The notes under the pieces were generated by a model. It saw only the letters and a program-made list of their open reading frames with translations. It ran no database searches and had not been told where the DNA came from. The translations under genes were made by a program, and so were the position numbers. 64,000 nt of DNA. It comes from Lingula anatina (taxonomy: Eukaryota; Animalia; Brachiopoda). The stretch covers positions 19,778,001-19,842,000 of the forward strand of contig CM120645.1 in the NCBI GenBank assembly GCA_051362555.1, written 5' to 3'. This document shows positions 36,301 through 47,725 of the stretch, piece after piece. The first letter of the stretch is position 1. Every line of letters starts with the position of its first letter.

Positions 36301-39300
36301 TTATAATTTCAATTGATAATTTTTTGCACTCAAGATGTCATCGAGCTATCCAGCTCCGACAACGACGAGGAGTGTGTGCTGCTCCCTAGCGACTCTGAAG
36401 AGCAAGAGGAGGAGGAGGACCACGAAAACAGCGGTTGTCATATCAATGATGCCATGAATCAGCCTGATGCCCAGGGGAGAGTTTTGGTCAACGTGGGTCA
36501 CCCTCCTGATGAGCCGGATATTTTTCTCGCCTCCCAGTTGACCAGGGCAATAAAACCTCATCAGGTCAGTGGAGTGATTGATTGATTGATTGATTGTTTG
36601 ATTTTCCTTAATGATCAGTCAATCAATTTATTTTAATCAAATATTTAGTTTTAATTGAACTATTTATTTATTGACCAATTTATTTATTTCAATGTTTGTA
36701 TGTTTTACAATGAGAAATACCTAACAAGTTTCACTGGCATAAGCATCAAGATGAAAACAGTGATATGAAATTAAACTTTCATATTATATTATTCTCTCTA
36801 AAGGGAAAAATATCAGGTCTGAATTTAGTGAAAAACTTTTGCAATTATACCCAGCTATAATTTGTTAATGTTTATCAAGAGGGATATTTAAATATATCGA
36901 TAGAATATGTTTGGTAAATTGATTAATTCCTTTGTATTATATATGTATATATATTCTTTTTAAGTGTGTATTTTTATTTGTTGTGAAACATTTTATGTTT
37001 ATAATGCCATTTTTGACCACTTATTCCTGTGCTGCCATCTATCTTTCATTCAGATTGGAGGTGTACGATTCTTGTATGACAACTTAGTGGAGTCTGTTGG
37101 GCGTTTTCGCTCAAGTCATGGATTTGGTTGTATTCTGGCCCACAGTATGGGGCTGGGGAAAACTATACAGGTAAGAGAGATTTTATTTATTTTTCTTTTT
37201 ATTTATACAGTTGTTTATTTATTACTTTGTGATTTATTTATTATTATTTGAATTAAGAGAAAAATTCGATTTCATTAGGTAATTCAATGCAATGACCCCC
37301 ATTATATACTTTATATCTTTCACTGATGTTGGAGAAAAATTTACTATATTTTGTTTCCAGTTGCGGTCATTGATCCCTGGTCCCTGTTTTAACAGTATTT
37401 TGAAATATTTTCAGGTGATTTCATTCATCGATGTGTTCCTGCGGCACACTGATGCCAGGACGGTGCTTTGTATAGTTCCCATCAACACCCTGCAGAACTG
37501 GATGTCCGAGTTCAACATGTGGCTGCCACCCCCTGGGGACATTAAGCCAGGGTCAGAGGTCGAGCCTCGGCAGTTTAACATCTACATTGTCAACGATGCT
37601 CATAAGAATACCACAGCTCGGGCAGAAGTTATAGGTGAAGTAGTTTTTAGTGTTCAGCAATACTAACAGCTGTGCTGTGTGTTGTCAATGTTTATCTGCA
37701 CGGTTTCATTGCTGAGTTCATTAAAACTTGATTTTCAGTAAAGCAGGTAGCTTCAAAACAGCCAAATTGAAATCAGATTAACAGAAAGATTTTAAGATGC
37801 TGTAAGCACTACTTTAATTTATCCTTTCCACAGCTGATAAATCGTGAGTGATAGCTAATGAATAATATAGAAGTATGCTACTGCTACTACTAGGACAGAT
37901 TAAGGAGGAAAACGATGATAATAATTAAGATAAAAAATCAATCACATTTTGATATTTCAGAGAAGTGGTACAGAAATGGAGGAGTACTACTGATGGGTTA
38001 TGAGATGTACCGCTTGCTGTCTTCGAGAAAAACCCCATTGCCAAGAAAGAAGAAGAAGCAGAACAACGAGCCAGAGGTCATTGACCTGGAAGAGGAAGAC
38101 AAGAACAAGGAGCTACAGCTAGGTAAGGGATGCATGGACTGTTGGACATAGGGGAATTTAGAAAGTGATGAATTTTTTGGGAAATTTAGGGAAAAAAAAT
38201 AACAAAAAAAAATTATGTAGATGGTATTGTAAGTGTGGATTGGAATCTTGAGATTGGAGTTTTGAAGCGCTTAGAGTTTCTGAATTGGTTCTTTTGTCCA
38301 GTTTGTGCTATTTTCCGTAGGTTGTATGCAATCAGTTGTGGAAAGAATTTTTTTTTTGCTGTTGTGGATGTGTGGTAGGTTGGAGAAAGAGAGAGAGGCA
38401 AAAGTTCACTCTCATCAAATTTTTAAAAATAAATTATAATTCTTTCTCTCTCATGCTCCAGATATCCAGTCAGCATTGCTGAGGCCAGGCCCTGATCTGG
38501 TGGTGTGTGACGAGGGACACAGGATAAAGAACAGTGGAGCTGGAATATCCCAAGCATTGAAGAACATCAGAACTAGGTGGGATTACAGTGAAGATTTAGA
38601 TTATTACTGTTGATTAAAATTTTTACATTTATCTGTATTAATTAACAGTTAATTATGATTTTTATGAGTGTTTTGTTAAAAAACAGTAGATATTGGTCTA
38701 AAGCAGTACCCATATTTTTCTTGTGATAAGATAAGCACAAGATTTCATTTCATTGGACTGGATTTACCGTGAATTCAAGTAGACTTAACTTTTGTCTGGA
38801 AATCTCTTGTGAAACAGGCCCGAGGGCCAACTCTCTAAGTAAGATAGCTGAATAAATGTATCCAAAATTTTTAATGGAATAAATGATGAAATTGCTTTAA
38901 ACAAAGGCTAAAATAAACAGATATTCTTAAAATTGTTCTTCTTTCACCTCATCAGGAGAAGGGTTGTGCTGACCGGGTACCCGCTCCAAAACAATCTAAT
39001 GGAATACTGGTGCATGGTGGACTTTGTGCGGCCAAACTTCCTGGGGACAAAGACGGAGTTTAGTAATATGTTTGAACGTCCAATCATGAACGGTCAGTGC
39101 CAGGACAGCACTCCGCAGGACACGCGGCTCATGAGGTTCAGAGCTCACGTACTGCACAGTTTACTGGAGGGATTTGTACAGAGGTGGGTTGAATATTTAT
39201 AAATATATAGTGTCCTGTCTAAGTCTGCTGCATGAAGGTTGGCCTCTGTTACTTTTTGGCTGATCCAAAGCAGATATAGTGGCCTGTAATTGAACTTATT

Positions 39301-42300
39301 TGCAGGTTATTTATTTATTTATTTATTTATTTTTTTTTTTTTCATTTATTTAAAAAAAAATTTTTTTTTAATTTATTTATTTATTTATTTATTATTTTTT
39401 TTATTTTTATTTTTTTGAAGTGTTCTTCAGTTTTACTGGAATTCGGGGTCACATTCATTTCCCAAGCAGTCTGTGCCAAATTTTTTTTTAATTGCTCACT
39501 TGCCCTTAGGGGTACCAACAGGTCCAAGAATCAACTAGCCCAAAGCAAGAAAAGTATCCAGTTACTGAATTGAAGTTAATAAAATTTGGTGCGGGTTTGT
39601 TTGGTGCAGGGTCGTTTGGTGCAGGGTCAGTAATAAGGTTCATGATGTATTATTCTGGTGTCTATCTACTATATTATTCACGCATGCATGCTCTCTATTG
39701 TTCAGTCACGTACACACTGTATTGTTCAGGTGTGTTTGTACCGAAAATGTACCTCATTGTGCCAGTTTTACCGTAACACTTCCTTGCACTTGCACCAACG
39801 TTTATTGATCTGTGTCTGGCATCTTTCAGACGCAGCCACGCAGTTCTGAAGGCCGCCTTGCCACCCAAACAAGAGCATGTGTTGTTGATTCGTATGAGCC
39901 CCATACAAAGGAAGCTGTACAAGGAGTTTATGACCAATGTGGTGGACTCTGGCCTCTCTGCTTGGGCCAATAGTAACCCCCTGAAGGCCTTTGCTGTCTG
40001 TTGTAAGGTATGTGTCTCCCTCATACCTGGTCTATAAAGATTGTTTGGTATTTTTTTTTTTTTGGGGGGGGGGGGGGGGGAATACTAGTAGAAGAGTGCT
40101 TTGAATGACATTTGGTTAAGTTGTGAAAAGTAATAATATTACTGCATGGTGTTCACATTGAACTTACTGCATTTTATAATTTAAAATGAAAAGAAATGGA
40201 GAATAAAAACAAAAATATTTGAGAGGCATGATTTATAGGTGAAAGTCAGATAAGATAAGTAAATGATTTTTTTTTTTTTTTTTTTTTTTGCTGCTGTCTT
40301 TTAAATCAGAGTATCTTTCATATTAGAACCATTCCAATAGCCAAAGGATTTTCCTTCATTTTAGCTTTTTGATTTTTTATATGAATTCTCTAAAGGTCTG
40401 CATTATGTCTCTTTAAATAGCAAGAAAATTTATTTACAAACGAAAATGTGCATTCCAACTTGAATGTTAGCAGAATTCCAAGAACTACTTAGATATAAAT
40501 GAACCCCTATGGTGCAGTTTTCTTTCAAATTTTAACTGGAAATTTTATTATTGAAAAATATATTTTTAAAAAATCATCTTTCAGATTTGGAACCATCCAG
40601 ATGTTCTTCACAAAATACTGGAACTCAAAAAGCTCAATCCTGGAGTGGATAATGACCTTGACATCGCAGACGACAGCAGCAACACTGGCTCTACTAGGGG
40701 AGGGAAGAAAAAAGGAAAGGGAAAAGAGTCCCGGCCATCTACACCCTCATCTCAGGGCAGTGTCCAATCAGAAGGGGGCTTCTTTCCATTTATTGACAAG
40801 AAGTCTGAGCAAGTGATCACTTATGATTGGGTAAGTCACCTGTCAATCATTGAGGATTTGGTGGAGGATGATTTTTTTTTTTTTAATTGGTATTTATCAA
40901 AACATTGACTTGACTGAATTGAAGATATTTCAGGACTTTGTTGATGGATAGTATGGTTCTTTTTCAATTATTTTCCTTTTTGTCACAATTTGTCTATTTA
41001 ACCATTAACAATAAATAGTACAGTTAGATTTTTTGTCATTATTTTGCCAACCATTTTACTGTAAACACAGTAAACTAAAATTTGGTTGTAATAATAATTA
41101 TTTTAATTCAGTGCATTAGTTGCCCAACCCCCGTTTTGTTCAAAAACATTATAATATCATAACAGTTTATGGCAAGAGATATGCATACTTACTGTATAAC
41201 TTAAATTCCCATTTTTGCCCGTGTTTACAGGCAGAGCCTTTGATGCAGGACTACACCCCAGGACTCCTAGAGAATGGTGCCAAGTTTCTGATTATGTTCA
41301 GTATTATAGAGCATTCTATTGCCATGGGAGACAAAGTGTTGGTGTTCAGGTAATTAACTTTGTTACTCAGGGTTTAGGGCTTTCTGTTGCTATGGGAGAC
41401 ATGTTGCCATGGAAAATGTGGATAATTAGAAATAAATGCTATTGGTGTCCATTTTAATGAAATCAGAAAAATGTATTTAATCCAGTTAAGAAATAGGCAG
41501 ATATAATTGTATAGAATCATTTAATTCTACAGACTCATGTTACTGTTAAATAGTACTGAGTGTAGGAGCACTGTTTGTAATTGTTGATTTGTTTATTGTC
41601 AGTATCTGTTTGTGTAAATATGGACGATTAATTTTTTCAATTTTATTCATTATCTCTGTAATGAAAGGCTTAAGACCCATAATACTGTTAAACTATGCTT
41701 ATATTACCTGTATTAAATGATGAAGTTGTTAGTTTACATCAGAAAGTTTTGTTTCCAGTCAGAGCCTGTTCACTCTGAACCTGGTGGAGGAATTTCTAAA
41801 CAGGATGAAGGTGCCAGGGAAAGAGGAGTATTGGGTGAAGAATAAGTCATATTTTAGTGAGTAGAGAAATTTAGTTCAAATTTTTTAAGTTTAGTTATTT
41901 GTCAGTTGTTAGTGTCCCCCCCCCTTCCTTTTTTTAATTATATATAAGCCATCTTTTTTTTTTTTTTTTACGAAATTAAATTTTAAGTATTATTTTTTTA
42001 AAAATTAAATTTTAAGTCATTTTTTAAAATAAAATTTTAAGTCATTTAAGTATGCTTGAAGTGAAAGTTTTCTGTTCTGTTCTTCAAGAGTAGCCTGCAC
42101 TGCAGCTTCTTTCCATACAGCTTCTTTCCATACATTCCTGTAAGATCGGTCTGTTGCCCTTCTACAAAACGTGTGTGTTTGGCATGGTAAACTTTTAAAC
42201 TTGCTACCAACAGTCAGAGTCAAAAAGCTTGCACGTGCAGAGATTTGAAAATGAAGAAGCTAGTCTTTTTAACCTGGTCTGGTTTTACAGAGAGTTTTTG

Positions 42301-45300
42301 CCCAAGAATAAGTCCTAATTTCCAGACCAAAAATTTGGTCTACTTCAAATTATGAATATATATATATATATATATAATGAATATAATAATGGTCCATTTA
42401 GATTTACACAATATTTTCATGAAACATTGGCTTATTTATTTTTTATTTTAAAAAGACAGGTGCATTCTTTCTTGCTACCACTTGTCTTGGGTCAAAGTAA
42501 GATGAAATATTTCAATGTTAGTATAGAATGATATTTGGCTAAGGCTCTATTGCAAAACTGCCCCCAAAAACCCATAGTCCAAGTTTTACATGTAACATTG
42601 TCTTTTTTCAGGGCTAGATGGCAGCACCAGTGCATTTGAGAGAGAAAAGATGATCAACATTTTCAACAGAAGGGAGAACAACTCCATACAGCTCTTCCTT
42701 CTGTCAACAAGGTATAGACAGTAAAATAAAAGCAGCTAACTTTTTCTGTTATCATAAAAATGAAAAGAAATAGACATCGAATAAAGTAATCCACTGAGAT
42801 TATGAGGGAGTAATTTAAACCCTAAAATAAGATAATGAAGATTATATTACGATTTCATATGAAATTTGATTTAAGCGTTTTTTCGCTGATGTAATTAGTT
42901 AAAATTTTTATAATAATGAGGCATGGGATATGTGTGAGATATATGTGGCATTTTTGATTTGATACATATCTCCATTTTTGTGCAGATTTTTTTTAAATTG
43001 AAAATTTTATATTTTCTTGGTGGTTTACTTTTGAGCAACCCAAGAACCCTGGTAATAAGGCAACCTAGTCATTTCCTACTTTTGTGAGGTCTCATTTTGT
43101 GATCAATTGACCCACTTCTATTTCTTTATTTCTTTCTCACTGATTTATTGATTTATCCATTCATACTTTCTTTCATTATTGGTTATTTTTTATCCTAATC
43201 TAATCAAGAAGATGCCTATTTTTCATTTCAGAGCTGGTTGTTTAGGCATCAACTTGGTTGGTGCCAATCGCGTGATTGTCGTCGATGCCTCATGGAACCC
43301 ATGTCACGACTGTCAGGCTGTGTGTCGCGTGTACAGATATGGACAAGTCAAACAGTGTTATGTGTACCGCCTGGTGACAGACAACACCATGGAGAAAAAG
43401 ATCTACGACAGGCAAATTAATAAACAGGGGATGTCTGGTGAGTGAAAATACGGGGAGAAAAAGAAAAAATCAGGAAAATCCTGAAGGAGGAATGTGTTTG
43501 AGAAATTGACAATTTTTTCACGATGTATGCAAGTGTACATCAAATGCCTTGGAGGTCATTTGGAGCATATTGTTAAAAAGAACATAACTTTTATGCAAAG
43601 TGACCAAGATAACTGAAACTTCAGGTAATGATCATGCACATATTGAAGTTTGAGTCCAGCAGATTTGATGGACCTTTGTAGGATTAAATGAAATTTTTAT
43701 GGGTTCTGTTTTTTTTGGTGGGTCACCCTGTATTACTGTTACAATATGTAAAGAGCTGGAAAAGACTGTTTCACAAAAGTATAGGTGGTGTTTTACCAAA
43801 CTATAGGTAGCACCACTATTGCATTTCCAGAGCAAGTAAAAGGAGAATGATTACTCAGTTGGACAGTAGTTGTTTTGTAAATATCTTTGTCCACCAACTT
43901 TGTTAATTTGTTTTTCAGATCGTGTCGTGGATGAGTTGCAGCCTCAGAACCAGTTTACCAAGAAACAAGTGGAAAACTTGCTTACGTACAATGATGTGGA
44001 CTTGCCATACATCAAGGACAATGGCAGCTGGTCAGAAACAATAGACGACATGCTGCTTTACTCCCTGCTCAAGAAACATAGCGAATGGATCACAAATGTA
44101 AGAGGCAACTTTTATGTATTTATTTAGCACCTTAAAAGCATACAATGTGGGTTAGGCCTTTATATTGCAATTTCTATCTAACAGGTTTATAGATTTTAAT
44201 TTTTAAAATCTCATTTTCTTGAAAACAGCTTTATAGATTATAATTTTTACTAGCCTTAAGGCTTTTGGCTTAGACTTTTTCAGATTCTTTTAATCAATCA
44301 GTGCATATTTTTTCTTACAAACCTATTGAATTAATTATCTTAGAAATGAAAGATCTAAATAAATCTTCTAGGAGCCTTTTACTCACGAGTCCTTGCTGAT
44401 TGACCGGAAGGACCACAAGCTGACCAAGTCTGAGAAGAAACTGGCCAAGCAAAGCTATGAGATGGAGAAACGCCTGAATATCTCCTACAGTCGCCCGTCG
44501 TATGCTGCCTATTATCCCAAAACCAATCAACAGCCACAGCAGGTTCCGCAGAGACCCTCGACCTCATTTGACACATTTAGCAGGTACAAGGCTAGGGTGT
44601 TTGCTGAATTTTTAGATATGACATTTATTTAACTGTTAAAGTTACTACTGTGTAATGTTACTTATAAATGACTTTTATAATCACATTTGTGCCTTTGTAT
44701 GTAGAATTAGTTGATTTTTGTAGTCTCGTCTCTTCTCCTAATTCCACATCGAATACTCAGCATGGTGTGAGCATGTGCATACTTATTTATGTCATTTTTA
44801 CTACATAACTTAGTCATTGTCATCATCATAAAATCATCATCATTCAATCTTACATGTCTTCCACTTCAGGTTTTCCTCCAGTAACCCTGGCAACCGGCCT
44901 GTGGCCAGCGTACGCCCCATGATATCCACCCCAGTCCCCATGCAACCCCGGCGCCCTCTACCCCCTGCTGTGGGGTTTGGCGAGCAGGCGTTCAGAATCA
45001 AGAAACCAGGGGTCATTGTGCAAAGTGTTTTGACGACTACAGGTAGATATTAATTCTGCAGACAGAGGAAAGATCTGCCCTGATTGGCTTTAAATTCAAA
45101 TTGGTTCAGTTCTTAGATAGGTCACTACTAGTAGATGGCCAAATGAGTTCAGTAGTGTTACATTTATTTATTTGTTTATTTATTTATTTAATTTGTCTTT
45201 CTGTCCTCTGCACAAGAAGATGAGTCATATAAATCCAAGTTGATTTAATTTGTCTGGTTCGGTGTCATGTTTTGGTCTAACTTTAGGACACTCCAAATAA

Positions 45301-45864
45301 GAGCTATATGCATCCTGTGTTTGTAAGAGGCATGACAAGTTACCTATTTAAGAAAACACCCAAGCTCAAAAGTCCACTTTTTACTGTTTTTACAAAGTTT
45401 GAGTGGAAGAAATATACCAAATGAAAACTAATAAAAATAACTAAATCATACTAACTCATGATAAAAGGACTGGTAATAATACAGCATTTTTGTGAACTCT
45501 ATCTAGAATTTACCATGTAACCTTGACCTTCATACACCCCTATGGATGAATGCACATCTGATTCAATGGAAAAGTAATAATTGTTTTGATTCTGCATTTC
45601 AGATATTGTTGTGCCGGGTAGCAACACGAGCACAAACGCAGGACCCACGTACATTCCTGCAGGACAGCAGGTTCTCGTTATCAAGACGCCAAAGGGGGTC
45701 TACATTCGCACACGAGAGGGGAGGATATTTGCCGTACGTATTCGCTATAATGAGTCCACATCAGCAGCAGGAAGAAGTGATGAGTCTGGCGGAGGCTTAC
45801 TACCTGGTGATGAGGATTCCTCTGCTAGTATGGGAGGTAGGATTTCTTGTGAGCTAAAACAGAT

Positions 45865-45928
<64 letters not shown>

Positions 45929-47725
45929 CAAATCCATGTTAATAAGTGTACATAGCATAGAGAAAAGGATTTTAAACAAATTTTGTATTTGTACATACTG
46001 TTGATGAAATTATTCTTCTTTTATTACAATTACTGTCTATATTAAGGTTACAAAATTTAATATTTGAAAAATTTTTTACTAACTGCTCATTGATCAAATT
46101 TAAGAACTTTTCAAGGACAAAATTGTTTGAATACAAACTGAATTCAAGGTGCATAGCCAAATTCAAGCACTTTTCAAGGTTGTATGAACCCTGAAGATAA
46201 TTGTGTGTACAAGTGCATGTGCATGTAGCTGAAATCAAAGCTTTGCTTCATTACAAAATAAATATAAGCAACAATAACTCCTTCGGGTAGGAGGCATGCA
46301 TTCACCTGTGTGTGCACATACACATACACAAACACACACACACCACTGTATTTTAAAATATAGGATTGAATCTTTACATCTGCTTGCAAGACTGTATTTT
46401 GTTGATACTGCTTGAGAACCACAAGTTGCCCTAAGTCAAGCACATATATATCCTGAATAACCTGAATGCTGTGTTGTTTTTCAGACTTGAATTTCCCCAC
46501 CACCTCTACCACAGACACGGCCTCCCAGTCCTCCTCCACATCTCAGCCAGGGGGCAGCACCAGCATGCTGGGGAGTGCTCTGCGAGGCTCGCTGGACATG
46601 CAGTCCATTCTACGCAGCTCTCTCAGTTCAGGAGGCTCCAGTAGAGACCCCAGTGGCAGAGACAGCAGTCCTAGCACGTCCAGGTACGGCAACCAAGATT
46701 TGTTGGGAGCCACGGAGTCATTGTCCAGCTCTCGGGGCTTGCTTCCTGATTTTGCCTCTCTCGGGTTGAGGGCAGATAATGATTGGGGGTCACAAGGGGA
46801 TGCTCGCCCCGCGGCATCGTCCTCTCAGACCCTAAGGGATGCTTACATGGAGGGCTTGAACCAAGGGAGGGACACATTCTTTGATAGCTACCACCAAAGT
46901 CAAGATAGTCACAGTTCTGATTTCTTCAGAGGAGAGTCCAGCAGGGGAAATCAAGATTTATCAGAATACAGAGGGTACTCAAATGGAGGTGGGGTAGTAT
47001 CCAATGCACTCGTTTCGGCATCCCGTGCTATTTCCAATGCTGAGGACAGTCTGGCGGCGCTGACATCACTAATTGAGTCAACTGCTGGTTCGGATGATGA
47101 AAGCAGTGGAGATGAGGAAGGAGGACCCCCGGGGTCTTCAAGAGGCACCCCTGTGTCTAATCTTGCCAACTTGAGCAGCATGAGTGGAGGAACCGTGCGA
47201 CAGAACAGCACTGAACCTGTTCCAAACTCATTCCTTCTCAACCCAGAGGAATGCAGCTTTGGCCAACAACCAGGCTACCCGCTTGCCTCTACTTCAGCAT
47301 CCTCAACATCTATTTCCTCCTCCTCCTCCTCTGCTTCAACCCTCACCTCCACTTTGTCCTCCCAGCATCAGCCAACTCCCTCCTCCTCCTCGACCACCCC
47401 TACTTCCTCCCCCATGCAATCTAACCCCATGGGGCATTACCCCCCTTGGAGTATCCCTCCCACCTCTGGCGCCATGCCCCCTCCCCACATGTATGGGGGT
47501 TACCCCTACCCATACCCCTACCCACAGATGTTTCCAGGGGGACAGATGTTTATGCCAATGCCATTTGCCTCTGGCATGCATCATCCTTACATGATGCCAC
47601 CACCCCCAGGTACCACAATGCCAAGTGGTACCATGCCAAGTGGTACCATGCCCACTTCTGCAACATCTGGCACCTTGCCAACAGCTACTACCTCTTCTTC
47701 TTCACCTTCAACCTCGGCAGAATAG
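25896..47725 (+). CDS. RAD54L2: Helicase ARIP4 / RAD54-like 2 (SNF2-family ATPase), 20 coding exons, 1687 aa
   Basis: Exons sum to 5064 nt, in frame. Motif [16 protein letters not shown], motif [16 protein letters not shown], motif [14 protein letters not shown] (TGYP, ARIP4-type rather than ATRX TGTP), [41 protein letters not shown], and PFTHESLL. Confidence 0.96.
27342..27374. repeat. (TAA)n microsatellite
   Basis: Direct inspection. Confidence 0.85.
29945..30777. repeat. Older irregular tandem array (units of roughly 100-230 bp) with embedded (ATTA)n and (GTTT)n; probably a decayed repeat-carrying element
   Basis: Recurrent gattttgatgaaatttacaggataggtcacaaat...agaaatgattagattttggtgatgatc...gggaattaatt, 4-5 copies. 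Confidence 0.8.
32339..32630. mobile_element. MITE with TAC...GTA ends and 6-bp TSD (IS3EU-like), nested in the HINE
   Basis: Long TIR TACGGAAGCCGACTGGTGCCATATG; AAAATG duplicated at 32333-38 and 32631-36; copy 1 of the host element shows the empty site; internal ~42-bp repeats with palindrome ATCTCGAAATTTCGAGAT. Confidence 0.88.
32881..34310. repeat. 146-bp tandem array, about 10 units
   Basis: tatctccaaaactggcagagataggtcc recurs at 32881, 33027, 33173 ... 34195. Confidence 0.95.
34676..34944 (+). CDS. RAD54L2: RAD54L2 coding exon 2 (polyQ)
   Basis: [26 protein letters not shown]...LKSLLQ. Confidence 0.9.
35592..35687 (+). CDS. RAD54L2: RAD54L2 coding exon 3
   Basis: [31 protein letters not shown]; phase 1-1. 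Confidence 0.8.
36335..36564 (+). CDS. RAD54L2: RAD54L2 coding exon 4
   Basis: DVIELSSSD...[16 protein letters not shown]...AIKPHQ. Confidence 0.92.
37054..37170 (+). CDS. RAD54L2: RAD54L2 coding exon 5 (Walker A)
   Basis: [14 protein letters not shown]...[11 protein letters not shown]. Confidence 0.96.
37415..37634 (+). CDS. RAD54L2: RAD54L2 coding exon 6
   Basis: [11 protein letters not shown]...[18 protein letters not shown]. Confidence 0.95.
37961..38122 (+). CDS. RAD54L2: RAD54L2 coding exon 7
   Basis: [19 protein letters not shown]...[10 protein letters not shown]. Confidence 0.95.
38462..38576 (+). CDS. RAD54L2: RAD54L2 coding exon 8 (DEGH)
   Basis: [37 protein letters not shown]. 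Confidence 0.96.
38956..39183 (+). CDS. RAD54L2: RAD54L2 coding exon 9
   Basis: [26 protein letters not shown]...LEGFVQ. Confidence 0.96.
39830..40007 (+). CDS. RAD54L2: RAD54L2 coding exon 10
   Basis: [30 protein letters not shown]...[11 protein letters not shown]. Confidence 0.95.
40585..40830 (+). CDS. RAD54L2: RAD54L2 coding exon 11
   Basis: IWNHPDVL...QVITYDW. Confidence 0.95.
41231..41349 (+). CDS. RAD54L2: RAD54L2 coding exon 12
   Basis: [18 protein letters not shown]...GDKVLVF. Confidence 0.95.
41759..41856 (+). CDS. RAD54L2: RAD54L2 coding exon 13
   Basis: [13 protein letters not shown]...WVKNKSYF. Confidence 0.93.
42612..42711 (+). CDS. RAD54L2: RAD54L2 coding exon 14
   Basis: [18 protein letters not shown]...LFLLST. 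Confidence 0.95.
43232..43437 (+). CDS. RAD54L2: RAD54L2 coding exon 15
   Basis: [14 protein letters not shown]...RQINKQGMS. Confidence 0.96.
43560..43732. mobile_element. Possible Tc1/mariner-type terminal fragment
   Basis: Ends in ...ggtcaccctg-ta (TA-CAGGGTG terminus on minus strand); other end not found. Confidence 0.35.
43919..44097 (+). CDS. RAD54L2: RAD54L2 coding exon 16
   Basis: [14 protein letters not shown]...WITN. Confidence 0.93.
44372..44583 (+). CDS. RAD54L2: RAD54L2 coding exon 17
   Basis: [22 protein letters not shown]...[11 protein letters not shown]. Confidence 0.93.
44870..45042 (+). CDS. RAD54L2: RAD54L2 coding exon 18
   Basis: [18 protein letters not shown]...VQSVLTTT. 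Confidence 0.9.
45603..45836 (+). CDS. RAD54L2: RAD54L2 coding exon 19
   Basis: [10 protein letters not shown]...[23 protein letters not shown]. Confidence 0.9.
45869..45926. repeat. (GT)n microsatellite
   Basis: Direct inspection. Confidence 0.95.
46485..47725 (+). CDS. RAD54L2: RAD54L2 last coding exon (low-complexity Ser/Pro/Met-rich tail)
   Basis: Acceptor ttttcag at 46484, phase matches exon 19, 1241-nt open frame to TAG. Confidence 0.88.

Noticed and set aside
25896-47725. Assignment as ATRX
   Set aside because: No ADD zinc finger; TGYP motif [17 protein letters not shown] and the KGVYIRT C-terminal block fit ARIP4/RAD54L2.
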